This document shows, in pieces, positions 36,293 through 49,468 of a DNA stretch of 64,000 nt (the stretch's first letter is position 1; the number at the start of each line of letters is the position of its first letter). Where the stretch lies: assembly GCF_030144855.1 (NCBI RefSeq), contig NC_082714.1, positions 18,104,001 through 18,168,000 of the forward strand, written 5' to 3'. This stretch comes from Hypanus sabinus (taxonomy: Eukaryota). The translations under genes were made by a program, and so were the position numbers. The notes below the pieces were generated by a model, which worked only from the letters and a program-made list of their open reading frames with translations, did not search any database and was not told where the DNA came from.

Positions 36293-37109
36293 CTGTAAAG
36301 CCCCTTTTCCCTAAATAATTTAAGAAAACTAAGTTAAGTAACAAATCAGTGATTATAGAACATAGAACAGTACAGGACCTTCAGCCCACAATGTTGTGCT
36401 GATATTTTAACCTAGTTTAAGGTCAATCTATCCCTTTCCTCCCACAGAACCCTCCACCTTTTTATCATATGTGCCTATCTAAGTTTCTTAAATGCCCCTA
36501 ATGTATTTACCTCTACCACCACCCCTGGTGGAGTGTTCTGTACACCATCACACTGTCTTTTTTTAAAAAAAAACTTACATCAATGTGCTTGATATCTTTA
36601 AAATAAAATCAGTCTGTAAATTATGGTAAAAGGACATTTTCCATGGAAGGGGATTTGCTGAGAAGTTCTAAGTTAAAGGCAGTTACCTGTTCTAATTGGA
36701 GATCTGAAGCAACAGACTATCTGATGAAAGAACTCATGGGTCTAGCGGCATCTGTGGAGGGAAAGGAATGGTCAACGTTTTGGAACAAAACCTCAACAGT
36801 TCCTTTCCTCCCACAGACGTTGCTCAACCTGCTGAGTTCGTCCAGCTGGTTTTGTTTATCGGTCAGTTCTAATTGATATTTCTGCCATTGAACTCTCACT
36901 TTAAATCAGATTTATGAAATTAATTTTTTTTTAAATCCCTCCTTGTCCCATTATTGTCATGGTACAAGAAAGGCCAGAAGCCTCCAACATATCAACATAG
37001 ATACATGAATGGAGCAATGGCTTATGGGAATGTTCTTTGCTACTTAAAGGTAAAAGTGATTACATCAACCTTTAGCTCAGTAATTAATGCAAGAAAATTA
37101 TTTTAAAGG

Positions 37110-37600
37110 TAATACAGAGGAGCAGAATTAGGCTATTCAGCCCATCAAGTCTGCTTTGCTGTTTGTTCATGGCTGGTTTATTTTTCTTAACCCATTCTCC
37201 TGCCTTCTTGATAGCCTTACTAATCAAGAACCTATCAACCTCTGCTTTAAATACACCCCATGACCTGGCCTCGCATCTGTCTGTGGCAATGAATCCCACA
37301 GATATGCCACTCTCTGCCCAAAGAAACTCCTCCTCATCTGTTCAAAAGGAACATACTTTTCTGAGTGTGCCCTCTTTGGTCCTTGACTGTTCTACTATTG
37401 AAAATGTCTTCTCCATGTCCACTTTTACCAGGCCTTTTTATATTCACAGGTTTCAATGAAATTTCTCCCCTCATTCTTCTAAATTCCACACGTACAGGTC
37501 CAGAGCAAATAAATGTTTCCTGTACATTAATCCTTTCATTCCAAGGATCATTCTTGTAAACCACCTTTGAACTCTTTACAATGCCAGCTTATCCTTCCAT
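37110..37600 (-). mobile_element. CR1-type LINE 3' fragment
   Basis: ORF remnants EFRRMRGEI and GVFKAEVDRFLISK; aggagcagaattaggc terminus. Confidence 0.7.
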
Positions 37601-37688
37601 TTATAACAGATTACACAGAAATTATTAAATCTGTTGCAAGGCTGAAAAGAACACAGATCTCTGGGAAATATTGTGAACTCACATTTAC

Positions 37689-37813
37689 CTTGTGTAGGTA
37701 TCCAAGCCAATGACAGCCAATGTGGCTTTTCTATGAAACCGCTTGTCCAGAACTCTGATTATGAAGCTGTCAAATGTTTCACAGATGTTTTCCATGAAAA
37801 TGCCTTTCATTTT
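37689..37813 (-). CDS. EME2: EME2 exon 4
   Basis: ttgacag|KMKGIFMENICETFDSFII...ATLAVIGLDTYT|gtaaat. Confidence 0.88.
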
Positions 37814-37999
37814 CTGTCAAGCAAAAAAAAAGTTAAACTGATCCCATTGAATGATTAATATGAGAATTAGTCATGTAGCACAGTTACTGGCCATTCGGCC
37901 CACTACATCCATGCTAGCCATCAATTATCAGTCTACATTAATCCCATTTACCAACATCAGGTCCCCAGATTTCTATGCCTTAGCAATTAATTTAGTTAA

Positions 38000-38512
38000 C
38001 TTTATTACTTACATCCTTCATATACATGAGTAAAAATCTTTACGTTACGTCTCCATCTAAATGTGCAATGTGCAATTTATAATAAATAGTATATACAACA
38101 GAATAGTAAATATAATATGGAAATTCAGTTGTGTCAGCATGAGTTAAGTAGTCTGATGGCCTGGTGGAAGAAGCTGTCCCGGAGCCTGTTGGTCCTGGCT
38201 TTTATGCTGTGGTACCGTTTCCCAAATGGTAACAGCTGAAACTGTTTGTGGTTGGGGTAACTCGGGTCCCCAATGATCCTTCGGGCCTTTTTTTTATAAA
38301 CACATCTGTCTGTGTAAATGTCCTGAATAGTACAGGTCCACTGGGCTGTCTGCACCATTCTCTGCAGTCTTGTGATTGAGGGAATTACAGTTCCCATACC
38401 CGGTAGTAATGCAGCCAGTGAGGATGCTCTCAATTGTGCCCCTATAGAAAGTTCTTAGGATTTGGGGGCCCATACCAAACTTCTTCAACCATCTGAGGTG
38501 AAAGAAGTTCTG
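38000..38512 (-). mobile_element. Rex1/Babar-type LINE 3' fragment
   Basis: ORFs 38294-38569 (FYRGTIESILTGCIT) and 38134-38433 (RTNRLRDSFFHQAIRLLN). Confidence 0.75.
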
Positions 38513-39631
38513 TATGCAACACAAGTCATCCCAGATAATAGGAGGCAAGAGGGAGTTAAAGAAGACCAAAAGAAAGAAAAACTTTTAAAAGAAAGCTTAA
38601 CTTTATTTATTGTCACACGGACATTGAAACGTACAGTGAAATGCATTGCTTTTGTCAAATCAACAAGAATTGTGCTGGGCAGCCCACAAGTGTTATACTT
38701 CCAGCGCAAATGCAGCATGCTCACAAGACACTAACCCTTACTGTATATCTGTATTCATGGGGCGAATGCATAAACTCCTTACAGTCAGTGGCAGGAATTG
38801 GACCTGATCAATGAAAGCTGATGCTGTAAAGCGATGCGCTAATCGTTAACACTACCCTACTGCTCTACATCCTAAACAAACATTGGTCTACTTCCAATTT
38901 ATTTTGTTTGAGGCTCTTTGCAATAAACTATCAAGAAGTTGAGAAGGAACTGGAGGAGAGGGGAAAATCCCTGGGTGCGGTTAACGGGGATTCTAATGAT
39001 TGGGCAGAAGTGAGAATGGGATTGAGGTTTAAGTATAACATGAGTGTCGTCAGAGCCAACAGGACTGAATCAGCAACTACTTCATGATAAAAGGTAAAAA
39101 GCTAACAGTAATGTGTCACATAAATTTATGAACAATAGGAAAGTAAAGAAATATGTAGTTAAAGTGACCCACCCTTGCTCCAAATACAGAACCTGCAACT
39201 CATCCATCAGAAATGTGTCCATCAGAATGAAAACCAGGGGGAGAGGTAGAAAGCCAAGCAAGAAACAGAGGGAGAGGCAAGACAGTAGAATGAAGGCAAA
39301 CGATCTGCCATGAACTTGTTAAATAAAAATGTCTTGCGTCTGTGTCAATATTGTGCTACTGTTTTGATAGAAAAGTAGCTGGTGGAAAAGATCAGCAGTA
39401 AGTGAAGATTTACAATGGCAATAAATTACAAATCAATCCACTGTGATGTTGGAGGATAAAGACTTAAGTATTTGCATTGCCGTAGTTCCACTTTCCTGCA
39501 CTAACCTTTATATCCAAGGAATATGTTGATTAAATTTTTTATACTTGAATATTGCTTCCTATATTTTCATGTTATTTTCTTAAACAAAAATCCTTCCCCC
39601 CCACTTCCTCCACCATACTTTCTCTCTCCCT

Positions 39632-39632
<1 letters not shown>

Positions 39633-39712
<80 letters not shown>
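39633..39712. repeat. (CA)n-(TA)n microsatellite in EME2 intron 3
   Basis: Direct inspection. Confidence 0.95.
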
Positions 39713-39755
39713 AACAAAATGTCTCACTGCACAGAGACATCAATTTGATCCTTAC

Positions 39756-39848
39756 CTGTTTATGTGACCACACCATGTTAAGGAAGTAATTTGGTGAAAG
39801 CAGCACCAGAATTTGATTTTCCTCCTTAGACTTGTACACGAATTTGGC
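39756..39848 (-). CDS. EME2: EME2 exon 3
   Basis: tttcag|AKFVYKSKEENQILVLLSPNYFLNMVWSHKQ|gtaagg; 93 nt. Confidence 0.88.
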
Positions 39849-41706
39849 CTGAAAGCACAAACAATATCACCAAGTAAACAACAACGCAAAGATAAATTGA
39901 TCATCTAATTATTTACTTTTTTTTTCCAAGTGGTTGTCTCAGAGGAAAGATTCTGTGAGTGGACCCCACATCCTTCTCACAGCGCAGTTCTTTTTTATGA
40001 GACCGAGTTGTGAGCTCGACGCTCAACCCAGCACAGATGGAATGCATGCCCAGGAGCGGCCTGACTGGATTCGAACTCAGGAATCTTCGCTCCGGAGTCC
40101 GGCGCTGATATCACTGTGCCACCAGCTGGACTCCTTAAGATATACGTGTTTAGTTTTGTTCAAATGACCATTATCTTCCTGTGTCCTCTAAACACAGAAT
40201 TATCCTCCTCAGATGTAGATATCTGTCTAAGTAGATGCAGTAGTCAACATAGAATGTATGTTACTTTATTTAGGAATACAGCATGGAACAGGTCTGTGCA
40301 GCCCAACAAGCTACACTGTATCTATTTAACCCTAGCCTAATCACAGAACTATTTACAATGATCAGTTAATCTACTAACTGGTACATCTTTGAAATATGGG
40401 AAGGAACCCATGCGCTCACAAGAAGGACATATAAACTTTTTACAGAGGACTCTGAAGTCCCCAATCTGTACAGCCCTGTGCTAACCACTACATACTGTGG
40501 CACCCCAATAATATGCAGAAGAGAATTTCCTAAGCTATCTTGGATGAGTTACGAGGATATGTTACTTACAACATGAGTTTTAGCTTGCAATGTCATCACT
40601 CTCACAAACACAGAAAAAGATTTGCTCTTCATAACAATAGTTCAGTTTAAGACCGAGGTCATGGCACATTTTTTCTGAGATCAATAACTAGTGAATGAAG
40701 AAATCAATTCAGAATGCTTAAATTCACATCACTGTCTCTGCACACTGCTAGTGCCTACCTGCACGCTTACACAGGGGTCTCCTGCTGGCTATTAAATGTT
40801 TTCAAACACAAAACGCTGGAGGTACTCATCAGGCAGCATCTATGAAAAGGAATGAAGAATCAGTGGTTTGGTCCGAGATGCTGACTCTTTATTCCTTTCC
40901 GTAGATGCTGCCTGACCTGCTGAGTTCTTCCAGCATTGTGTGTGTGTGTGTGTGTAAATGTTTTCAGAGCTGGTGTGACATCACTTGATTATCTTGTTCT
41001 TAAAAGAAACCTCTTCAATCTAGTTAGTGAGTAGGATATAAAGCATTTGTAAAGCATAATCTGATACCATAGACTTCTCAGCCAAAATCACTAGTAAACA
41101 TTGCTGTTTGTGGGAGTTCACTTTGGAAAAACTGGCTGCAATATCTTCTGTGATAGAACAGTTGTCCTCTTTCAAAATGTATGACAATGGAAATAACATG
41201 ATTTCGGAAGGTGTGAAAGGCATCACACTAAAATACTTTATCTTACAAAGGCAAGTATAAGCTGTGTTGAGACTGCCCTCCTATAATATAGAGCTTGAGC
41301 TGGTGATGAATCCAGAGTTACACTGTGATCATTCTGTGTTCCAAGGCATATAAGGAAGGAGAGAAGCCAGGCCCAAGACAAGGCCCAAGTCTTGGGTTAA
41401 AGGACTATGTACTGTATGTATGTGGGTGGGCAGAAGGGAGGGAGGAACAGGGATTGTTTTGCTGTTGTTGCTATGTTGTTTGGAAGGTTCTGATTTATAA
41501 TCTTCTATGTTGTTCTTCTGAATATTGTAGGCAAACTATGTTGGCGCTGTAATGTGTGGTGAGACTTGTGGGCTGCCCCCAGCACATCCTTGGGTGTGTT
41601 GGTTGTTAACGCAGACGATACATTTCACTGTATGTTTCAGAGTATATATAACAAAATAAATGAATCTGAAATCCGAGTTGTCCTTTTAAGCATCCTATCT
41701 GCTTAC

Positions 41707-41855
41707 CTCATCAGACAGCTCATCCAATATATCTTGAGGTAATTCTCTTCTCCATGTTATGGTGGAAGGCACAGACTGATGCTCAATGCTATACTCTGAT
41801 TCCAGCGAGTTCAAAACATCCAGCAACACGTAGCCGCCAGCCTCCTGCAGAATAG
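41707..41855 (-). CDS. EME2: EME2 exon 2
   Basis: cttag|(A)ILQEAGGYVLLDVLNSLESEYSIEHQSVPSTITWRRE...DE|gtaagc. Confidence 0.92.
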
Positions 41856-42244
41856 CTAAGTGAGGAGCAACACATGTTCAGTTCAAGTGCAGAATTCACC
41901 CCTCTAGAACTGAAAGAAAAAAAAACACTTGAACTATTTCAGGAAGGTCCCACCGAATGAATAATCAGTCACAAACAGTCCTAACTTTTTTGTTTTATAT
42001 GTAAATTGATTGCTTTCTGTATAATATGATCAAGATAAACTTATAATCGCTCAATCTGTCATGGCCTTTACAATTAATTATTTGCTTTCCTCTGTAATTT
42101 TAACACTACATCCTGAATCCTGATGAAGGGTCTCAGCCTGAAACATCAACACGTTATTCCTCTTCATAAATGCTGCCTTAACCTGCTGAGTTTTTCTAGC
42201 ACTTTGTGTGTGCTATCCTGCATTCTATTTTTTTTCTTGCTTTA

Positions 42245-42602
42245 CTCGTCAGCCGTGGTTGGCAGCTCATCTAGAAGGAAAACTTCGATCTCAAACCTCC
42301 ACTGCTTTGCAGCTATACACACTCATGGGGAAGGCTTAGGGAGAAAACTTTAAGGAAAAGTCTGGAGCTGAAATCCTTAAGGCAGTCCAACGTTGAGTAC
42401 AACGCTGACTGGCAACTCCTGTGATGCCGCTGGTGCCAAACTGTATCAGTATCTGCCATTTCCTTGGGATTCATCAGCTATGTGGAGAGGGGAAGCCTAC
42501 TACATGGGCAACAGTTTGCTCTCCATGTCGCACTGCCTTGCCTTACATATCACGTAGATAGCTGGGATGCAACATCCATGATCAACCCCGACCAACAGAG
42601 GT
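42245..42602 (+). mobile_element. Non-autonomous RTE-related element (5'UTR-like)
   Basis: ggcagctcatctagaaggaaaact...ctcaaacc resembles RTE-clade 5' UTRs; identification from memory only. Confidence 0.4.
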
Positions 42603-43378
42603 CATCAACTCAACTACCTTGACGTACTTGTGTGTGGAATGATCTGTCTGAATGATATGCAAGGATTTTCCACTGTATCTTATTGTGTGTGACAATAATA
42701 AGCAAATTAGCAATTAAACTGTTACCTCCTGAACCTTCCGATATTGGACTCCTCGAAATACCCTTACAAAGACTGCAAGAAGTTGTAGAGTTGCAAACAC
42801 AGTCCAGTCTATCATGAATGCTAGTCTCCCCTTCCAATGACCCTGCCTACATTTCCCATAGCCTTGAGAAACCAGCCAACATAATCAAAGACCTCTCCCA
42901 CTCTGGTCACTCCACCCTTCCATTGTTCAGAAAATGCCAAAGCTTAAAAACACCTTCTGCTAGGCTGGACAGCTCCCAGCCTGCTGATATGAGTCTCTTG
43001 AACAAACCACTTACACTTGATGAATACGGATGAAAACTTGATCTCTCAGTCTACCTCATCCTGGCCCTTGCACTTTATTTGTCAGTCTACACTGTACTTT
43101 CTCTCTAACTATATTCTACATTATGCTACTGTGTTACTGTCCCCCTTAATAATCTGTCTGGATGGCACACAAGGCTTGTTACTTTATCTCAACAGGTGTA
43201 ACAAAAACATTTTACCAAACACTCATTTACAGTACCTGAATTAAGTACCAATTAAAATCCTCTCATAAACCTGCCTGTATTAGAACCTCTCCGTTCCTAC
43301 TTCACACGCACACCCTTGTATAAAGAATCAGAATCTGGTTTAGTATCAATGATAAATTACAATAAATATACAGCACTG

Positions 43379-43506
43379 NNNNNNNNNNNNNNNNNNNNNN
43401 NNNNNNNNNNNNNNNNNNNNNNNNNNNNNNNNNNNNNNNNNNNNNNNNNNNNNNNNNNNNNNNNNNNNNNNNNNNNNNNNNNNNNNNNNNNNNNNNNNNN
43501 NNNNNN
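43379..43506. other. Assembly gap (128 N) in EME2 intron 1
   Basis: Run of N. Confidence 1.
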
Positions 43507-43948
43507 GAAATAGAGATAGAGAGAAAGTTGCACAGTACTGTATATTAGTTAAAATAGGAAGGTGGAAGGAAAACAAAAATAAAAGTACTTAGCTTTGTGT
43601 TAGCTCAGTAATAACTGGAAAATGCTGTAATGTGTAATAATATATTCGTAATTTATAGTTTTTTAAGTTACATCAAATCAAAAAGCAAAACAAACGCCAG
43701 AACTCTGAAACGGTATCGCAGCAAAACCTTGAACCGATGTTGAGCTGAAGCCTGCTTCTCTCTCTCTCTCTCTCCACTCAGGCACAAGAGACGGTAGAAA
43801 CTGGAAGAAGGGGCAACATCTGCGGGAGGAATTCGAGCATCTCCGTCGAAAGATGCTGTCTGACGTGTTGAGTGTTTGCTGCCTTTGTTAGAGTCACGGG
43901 TTAATAATTTGCGGGGAACAAAACAAAAAGATGTAAAGGCTCACTCAC

Positions 43949-44327
43949 CAGGGTCCACACACACCCTGATGTACTTCAAACATTGGTCCGGACGGATGTA
44001 CTTCAGGGTGATGTCCGTCGCCTGCCGCTCATCCCTCTCTTGCTTCTCCACCTCCCTGGCAGCCTCCCTCTCCCGCTGGAGTATCTCCGACCCCCACTCG
44101 GCCAAGTGGATCTCCTCGGGGCTGCAGCCCTTCCTCTGCCCGGAGCTAGGGCTCGCCGTGCGTCCTACCCCACAGCCCGCTGTGGCCGAGCTACCCTCTC
44201 CCGCTCCCCCTTCCAAGGGTGTCTGGACGCCGGCCGTGAACGGCCTGCCGCCGGCCTCCGGACAGCACAGCTCCCAGCCCGTCACGGCCACAGGCGCCCA
44301 GTAGAAGGAGCTCAGAGCCGGGTACAT
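43949..44327 (-). CDS. EME2: EME2 coding exon 1 (start codon uncertain)
   Basis: C-terminal part LKYIRPDQCLKYIRVCVDP|gtgagt matches the EME family. First in-frame ATG is at 44327, with an in-frame stop upstream at 44373-44375. Confidence 0.8.
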
Positions 44328-44735
44328 GTTCACCGCTCCCTCCCCCTTGCAACGGGGGCCGTGTCCAATCGATCAAGGCGCTCCCAGATCCAGATCGCCG
44401 GGCGTCAGAACAATAAACATCCCGGGACAGGGGCGGTCAAACGCCAGCTCCCAGCACAAAGCTTTGCCAGTGAGACCCCCGGATCTGGCACTGCCCCATC
44501 GCCGACCCACCAGCCGCAGCCAGACAAAGGAACCGAGGCTCAAGGTATCCCCCCCACCCCCACCACAACCACACGCACACACAAACACACACAGCCCTGG
44601 GCTGATCCCACCGAGTCCAGCTCCCTCTGCAATCCGACCAGGTAACCAAGCTGCCGCCGAACAATTCCCCCACCAACACGGAGACTCTCCCGCTCTCGCC
44701 ATCCCATCCCTCTTCATCGCTTCACCGTAACCTGA
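43950..44735. promoter_or_regulatory. CpG island over the EME2 5' end
   Basis: High GC and CpG content against an AT-rich background. Confidence 0.75.
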
Positions 44736-45007
44736 TCATAAACCAACATGCAATAGAAATGTTTGCAGCAGTTTCAGCTTGCAGGCAGCATAATAAATCT
44801 CTTTCCCCTCTCTCTTGCAGAATTTCACTGCTTCTCCTTCTTAGAGTTCAGAATCTTATTGCTCCGTTATATGACTCGTTATAATTCCCTCGCCACCAAA
44901 TTGTGTGTTTTATTTATCAGAAGCAATTATATTCCTTAGGCAGTGACACGAGATGGAGGATGAATGAAGGATAAATAATATTAATGGTAATTACAATTCA
45001 TAAACTT

Positions 45008-48000
45008 TAGTCAAGTCTCTTTTATTGTCATTTCAACCATAACTGCTGGTACAGTACACAGTAAAAACGAAACGTTCCTCCAGGACCATGGTGCTGCATT
45101 AAACAACACAAAACTACACTATAGGCTATATGAGACAACACAAAACTACACTAGACTACGTGAAACAACACAAAACTACACTGGACTACGTGAAACAACA
45201 CAAAACTACACTGGACTACATGAAACAACACAAAACTACACTAGACTACATGAAACAACACAAAACTACACTAGACTACGTGAAACAACACAAAACTACA
45301 CTGGACTACGTGAAACAACACAAAACTACACTGGACTACGTGAAACAACACAAAACTACATTGGACTACCTGAAACAACACAAAACTACACTAGACTACG
45401 TGAAACAACACAAAACTACACTGGACTACGTGAAACAACACAAAACTACACTAGACTACGTGAAACAACACAAAACTACACTGGACTACGTGAAACAACA
45501 CAAAACTACACTAGACTACGTGAAACATCACAAAACTACACTGGACTACGTGAAACAGCACAAAACTACACTGGACTACGTGAAACAGCACAAAACTACA
45601 CTAGACTACGTGAAACAACACAAAACTACACTAGACTACGTGAAAAAGCACAAAACTACACTAGACTACGTGAAACATGAAAAAACTACACTGGACTACG
45701 TGAAACAACACAAAACTACACTGGACTACGTGAAACAACACAAAACTACACTGGACTACGTGAAACAACACAAAACTACACTAGACTACGTGAAACAACA
45801 CAAAACTACACTAGACTACGTGAAACAACACAAAACTACACTGGACTACGTGAAACAACACAAAACTACACTAGACTACGTGAAACAGCACAAAACTACA
45901 CTGGACTACGTGAAACAACACAAAACTACATTGGACTACCTGAAACAACACAAAACTACACTAGACTACGTGAAACAACACAAAACTACACTGGACTACG
46001 TGAAACAACACAAAACTACACTGGACTACGTGAAACAACACAAAACTACACTAGACTACGTGAAACAACACAAAACTACACTGGACTACGTGAAACAACA
46101 CAAAACTACACTAGACTACGTGAAACATCACAAAACTACACTGGACTACGTGAAACAGCACAAAACTACACTGGACTACGTGAAACAGCACAAAACTACA
46201 CTAGACTACGTGAAACAACACAAAACTACACTAGACTACGTGAAAAAGCACAAAACTACACTAGACTACGTGAAACATGAAAAAACTACACTGGACTACG
46301 TGAAACGACACAAAACTACACTGGACTACGTGAAACAACACAAAACTACACTGGACTACGTGAAACAACACAAAACTACACTGGACTACGTGAAACAACA
46401 CAAAACTACACTAGACTACGTGAAACAACACAAAACTACACTGGACTACGTGAAACAACACAAAACTACACTAGACTACGTGAAACAGCACAAAACTACA
46501 CTGGACTACGTGAAACATGAAAAAACTACACTAGGCTACATGAGACAAGACAAAACTACACTAGACTACGTGAAACAACACAAAACTACACTGGACTACG
46601 TGAAACAACACAAAACTACACTGGACTACGTGAAACAACACAAAACTACACTGGACTACGTGAAACAACACAAAACTACACTGGACTACGTGAAACAACA
46701 CAAAACTACACTGGACTACGTGAAACAACACAAAACTACACTGGACTACGTGAAACAACACAAAACTACACTGGACTACGTGAAACAACACAAAACTACA
46801 CTGGACTACGTGAAACAACACAAAACTACACTGGACTACGTGAAACAACACAAAACTACACTGGACTACGTGAAACAACACAAAACTACACTAGACTACG
46901 TGAAACAGCACAAAACTACACTGGACTACGTGAAACATGAAAAAACTACACTAGGCTACATGAGACAAGACAAAACTACACTAAACTACGTGAAACAACA
47001 CAAAACTACACTAGACTACGTGAAACAACACAAAACTACACTGGACTACGTGAAACATGAAAAAACTACACTAGGCTACGTGAGACAAGACAAAACTACA
47101 CTAGACTACGTGAAACAACACAAAACTACACTGGACTACGTGAAACAACACAAAACTACACTGGACTACGTGAAACAACACAAAACTACACTGGACTACG
47201 TGAAACAACACAAAACTACACTGGACTACGTGAAACAACACAAAACTACACTGGACTACGTGAAACATCACAAAACTACACTGGACTACGTGAAACAACA
47301 CAAAACTACACTGGACTACGTGAAACAACACAAAACTACACTAGACTACGTGAAACAGCACAAAACTACATTAGACTTCAGACTTACACGGGACTGCATA
47401 AAGAGCACAAAACAGTGCAAGACAGTACAATAATTAATAATCAAGATAATAGGCACAGCAAAGGGCAAATTACAATATAATAATAAATCATGTAAATGTA
47501 ACAATGTTCTAGCGGGAATTGAGAAAAATGAGCAAAAAATGCAAAGGGGGTGGAGTGGTGTTCAGTTGAGTGAGTTCTGATGGCCTGAGGGAAGAAACTG
47601 TTACACAGTCAGGTCGTGATAGCTTGAATGCTTCGGTACCTTTTGCCAGATGGTAGGAGGGAGAAGAGTTTGTATGAGGGCTGCGTGGGGTCCGTCACAA
47701 TGCTGTTAGCTTTGCGGATGCAGCATGTGGTGTAAACGTCTGCAATGGCGGGAGGAGAGACCCCGATGATCCGAACCAGGCAGTAATGCAGCTGCTCAGG
47801 ATGCTCTCGGTACATCCTCTGTAGAACGTGGCGAGGATGGGGGGGGTTGGGAGATGGACTTTTCTCAGCCTTCGCAGAAAGTAGAGACGCTGCTGGGTTT
47901 TCTTGGCTATGGAACTGCTGTTGAGGGATCAAGTGAGATTCTCCGCCAGGTGAACACCAAGAAATTTGGTGCTCTTAACGACCTCTACAGAGGAGCCGTC

Positions 48001-49468
48001 GATGTTCAGAGGAGAGTGGTCGCTCTGTGTTCTCCTGAAGTCAACAACCATGTTTGTTTTGTTCACATTCAGAGACAGGTTGTTGGTTGTGCACCAGTCT
48101 GTTAGCCGCTGCACCTCCTCTTTGTATGCTGACTCGTCGTTCTTGCTGCTGAGACCCACCACGGTCATGTCATCGGCGAACCTGATGATGTAATTCGAAC
48201 TTTGTATTGGGGCACAGTCGTGGGTCAGCAGAGTGAACAGCAGACTGAACACACAGCCTGGGTGGGGGGGGGGGGGTGCTCAGTCTGGTGGTGTTGGAGA
48301 TGCTGCTCCCGATCCGGACTGCCTGAGGTCTCCCAGTCAGGAAGTCTAGAATCCAGTTGCAGAGGGAGGTGTTCAGGCCCAGCAGGCTCAGCTTTTCAGT
48401 CAGGTGCTGAGGAATGATTGTGTTGAATGCTGAACTGAAACTTATGAACAGCATCCGAATGTACGTGTCTTTTTTGTCCAGGTGGAGGTTGGTTGCGATG
48501 GCGTCGTCTGTTGAGCGGTTGGGATGATAGCGAACTGCAGGAGGTCCAGTGAGGGGGGGGCAGCAGGATCTTGATATGCCTCATGACGAGCCTCTCGAAA
48601 CACTTCATGATGATGGATGTGAGTGAAACGGGACGGTAGTCGTTGAGGCAGGACACTGAGGACTTCTTCAGCACGGGGACAATGGTGGGGGCCTTGAAGC
48701 ACGTTAGAACGACGGCGCTGCTCAGGGAGATGCTGAAGATGTCGGTGAGAACACCTGTCTGCACATTCTCTGAGCACTCTGCCAGGAATATTGTCTGGTC
48801 CAACAGCCTTCCGTGGATTGACCCTACATAGAGTTTTCCTCACATCAGCCACGTAAGTACACAGCACCTGGTCATTGGGAGGAGGGGTGGTCTTCCTCGC
48901 GACCACATCATCTTCCGCCTCAAAACGAGCGTAGAAGTTGTTCAGCGCATCTGGGAGGGAGGCATCACCAGCACAGGCAGGTGATGTTGTCCTGTAGTTG
49001 GTGTTGTCCTGAATGCCCTTACACATGCGCCGTGTCGCTGCTGTCCTGGAAATGGCCGTGGATTCGCTGGGCGTGTGAACGCTTTGCCTCTCTAACAGCT
49101 CGGGACAGTTTGGCCCTCACTGTTGTTAGGGCTGCCTTATCACCTGCTCTGACGGCGGAGTCCCGGGTCCTCAGCAGCGCACGCACCTCCGCGGTCATCC
49201 ATGGCTTCTGGTTGGAGCGTGTAGTGATGGTCTTGGACACAATGCACTTGCTGATGTAGCTCGTCACTGTTTCTGTGTACTCCTCTAAGTTGGTGGAGTC
49301 GCCATCGGTTGCAGCCTCCCTGAACTTGTGCCAGTCAGTGTGCTCAAAGCAGTTCTGATGAGCAGAGGTGGCTCCTGCTGGCCAGGTTTTCACCTGTTTC
49401 AAAACTGGTCCGGAGCGTCTGACGAGCGGTCTGTTTGCTGGAATTAGCATAATAGAGACGTGGTCATC
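45008..49468 (-). mobile_element. 5'-truncated Rex1/Babar-type LINE with an expanded 3' UTR
   Basis: Frameshifted ORF2 pieces: [49 protein letters not shown]. 3' end aataaaa...gacttgact at ~45008-45026. Confidence 0.88.
45100..47380 (+). repeat. 30-bp tandem array (~75 units, tgaaacaacacaaaactacactrgactacg)
   Basis: Strict 30-bp period with no indels between 45131 and 47380. Confidence 0.99.

Noticed and set aside
36687-36900. Alternative candidate for EME2 exon 5
   Set aside because: Mostly a Penelope-derived palindrome; in-frame stops and a phase mismatch. 36193-36292 fits instead.
42245-42330. HDV-like ribozyme at the RTE-like 5' end
   Set aside because: I could not build the nested double pseudoknot, and the element looks 5'-truncated.
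31331-44327. Calling this gene EME1
   Set aside because: The short N-terminus, LAVIGLD and RRVGPD motifs and adjacency to SPSB3 favour EME2; not tested phylogenetically.
43876-44730. Plus-strand ORFs 43983-44645 and 44326-44730 as MRPS34 or another gene
   Set aside because: GC-rich CpG-island open frames antisense to EME2 exon 1, with no similarity I can recognise.
45100-47380. CRISPR array
   Set aside because: Contiguous near-identical 30-mers with no unique spacers, no cas genes, and a vertebrate context.
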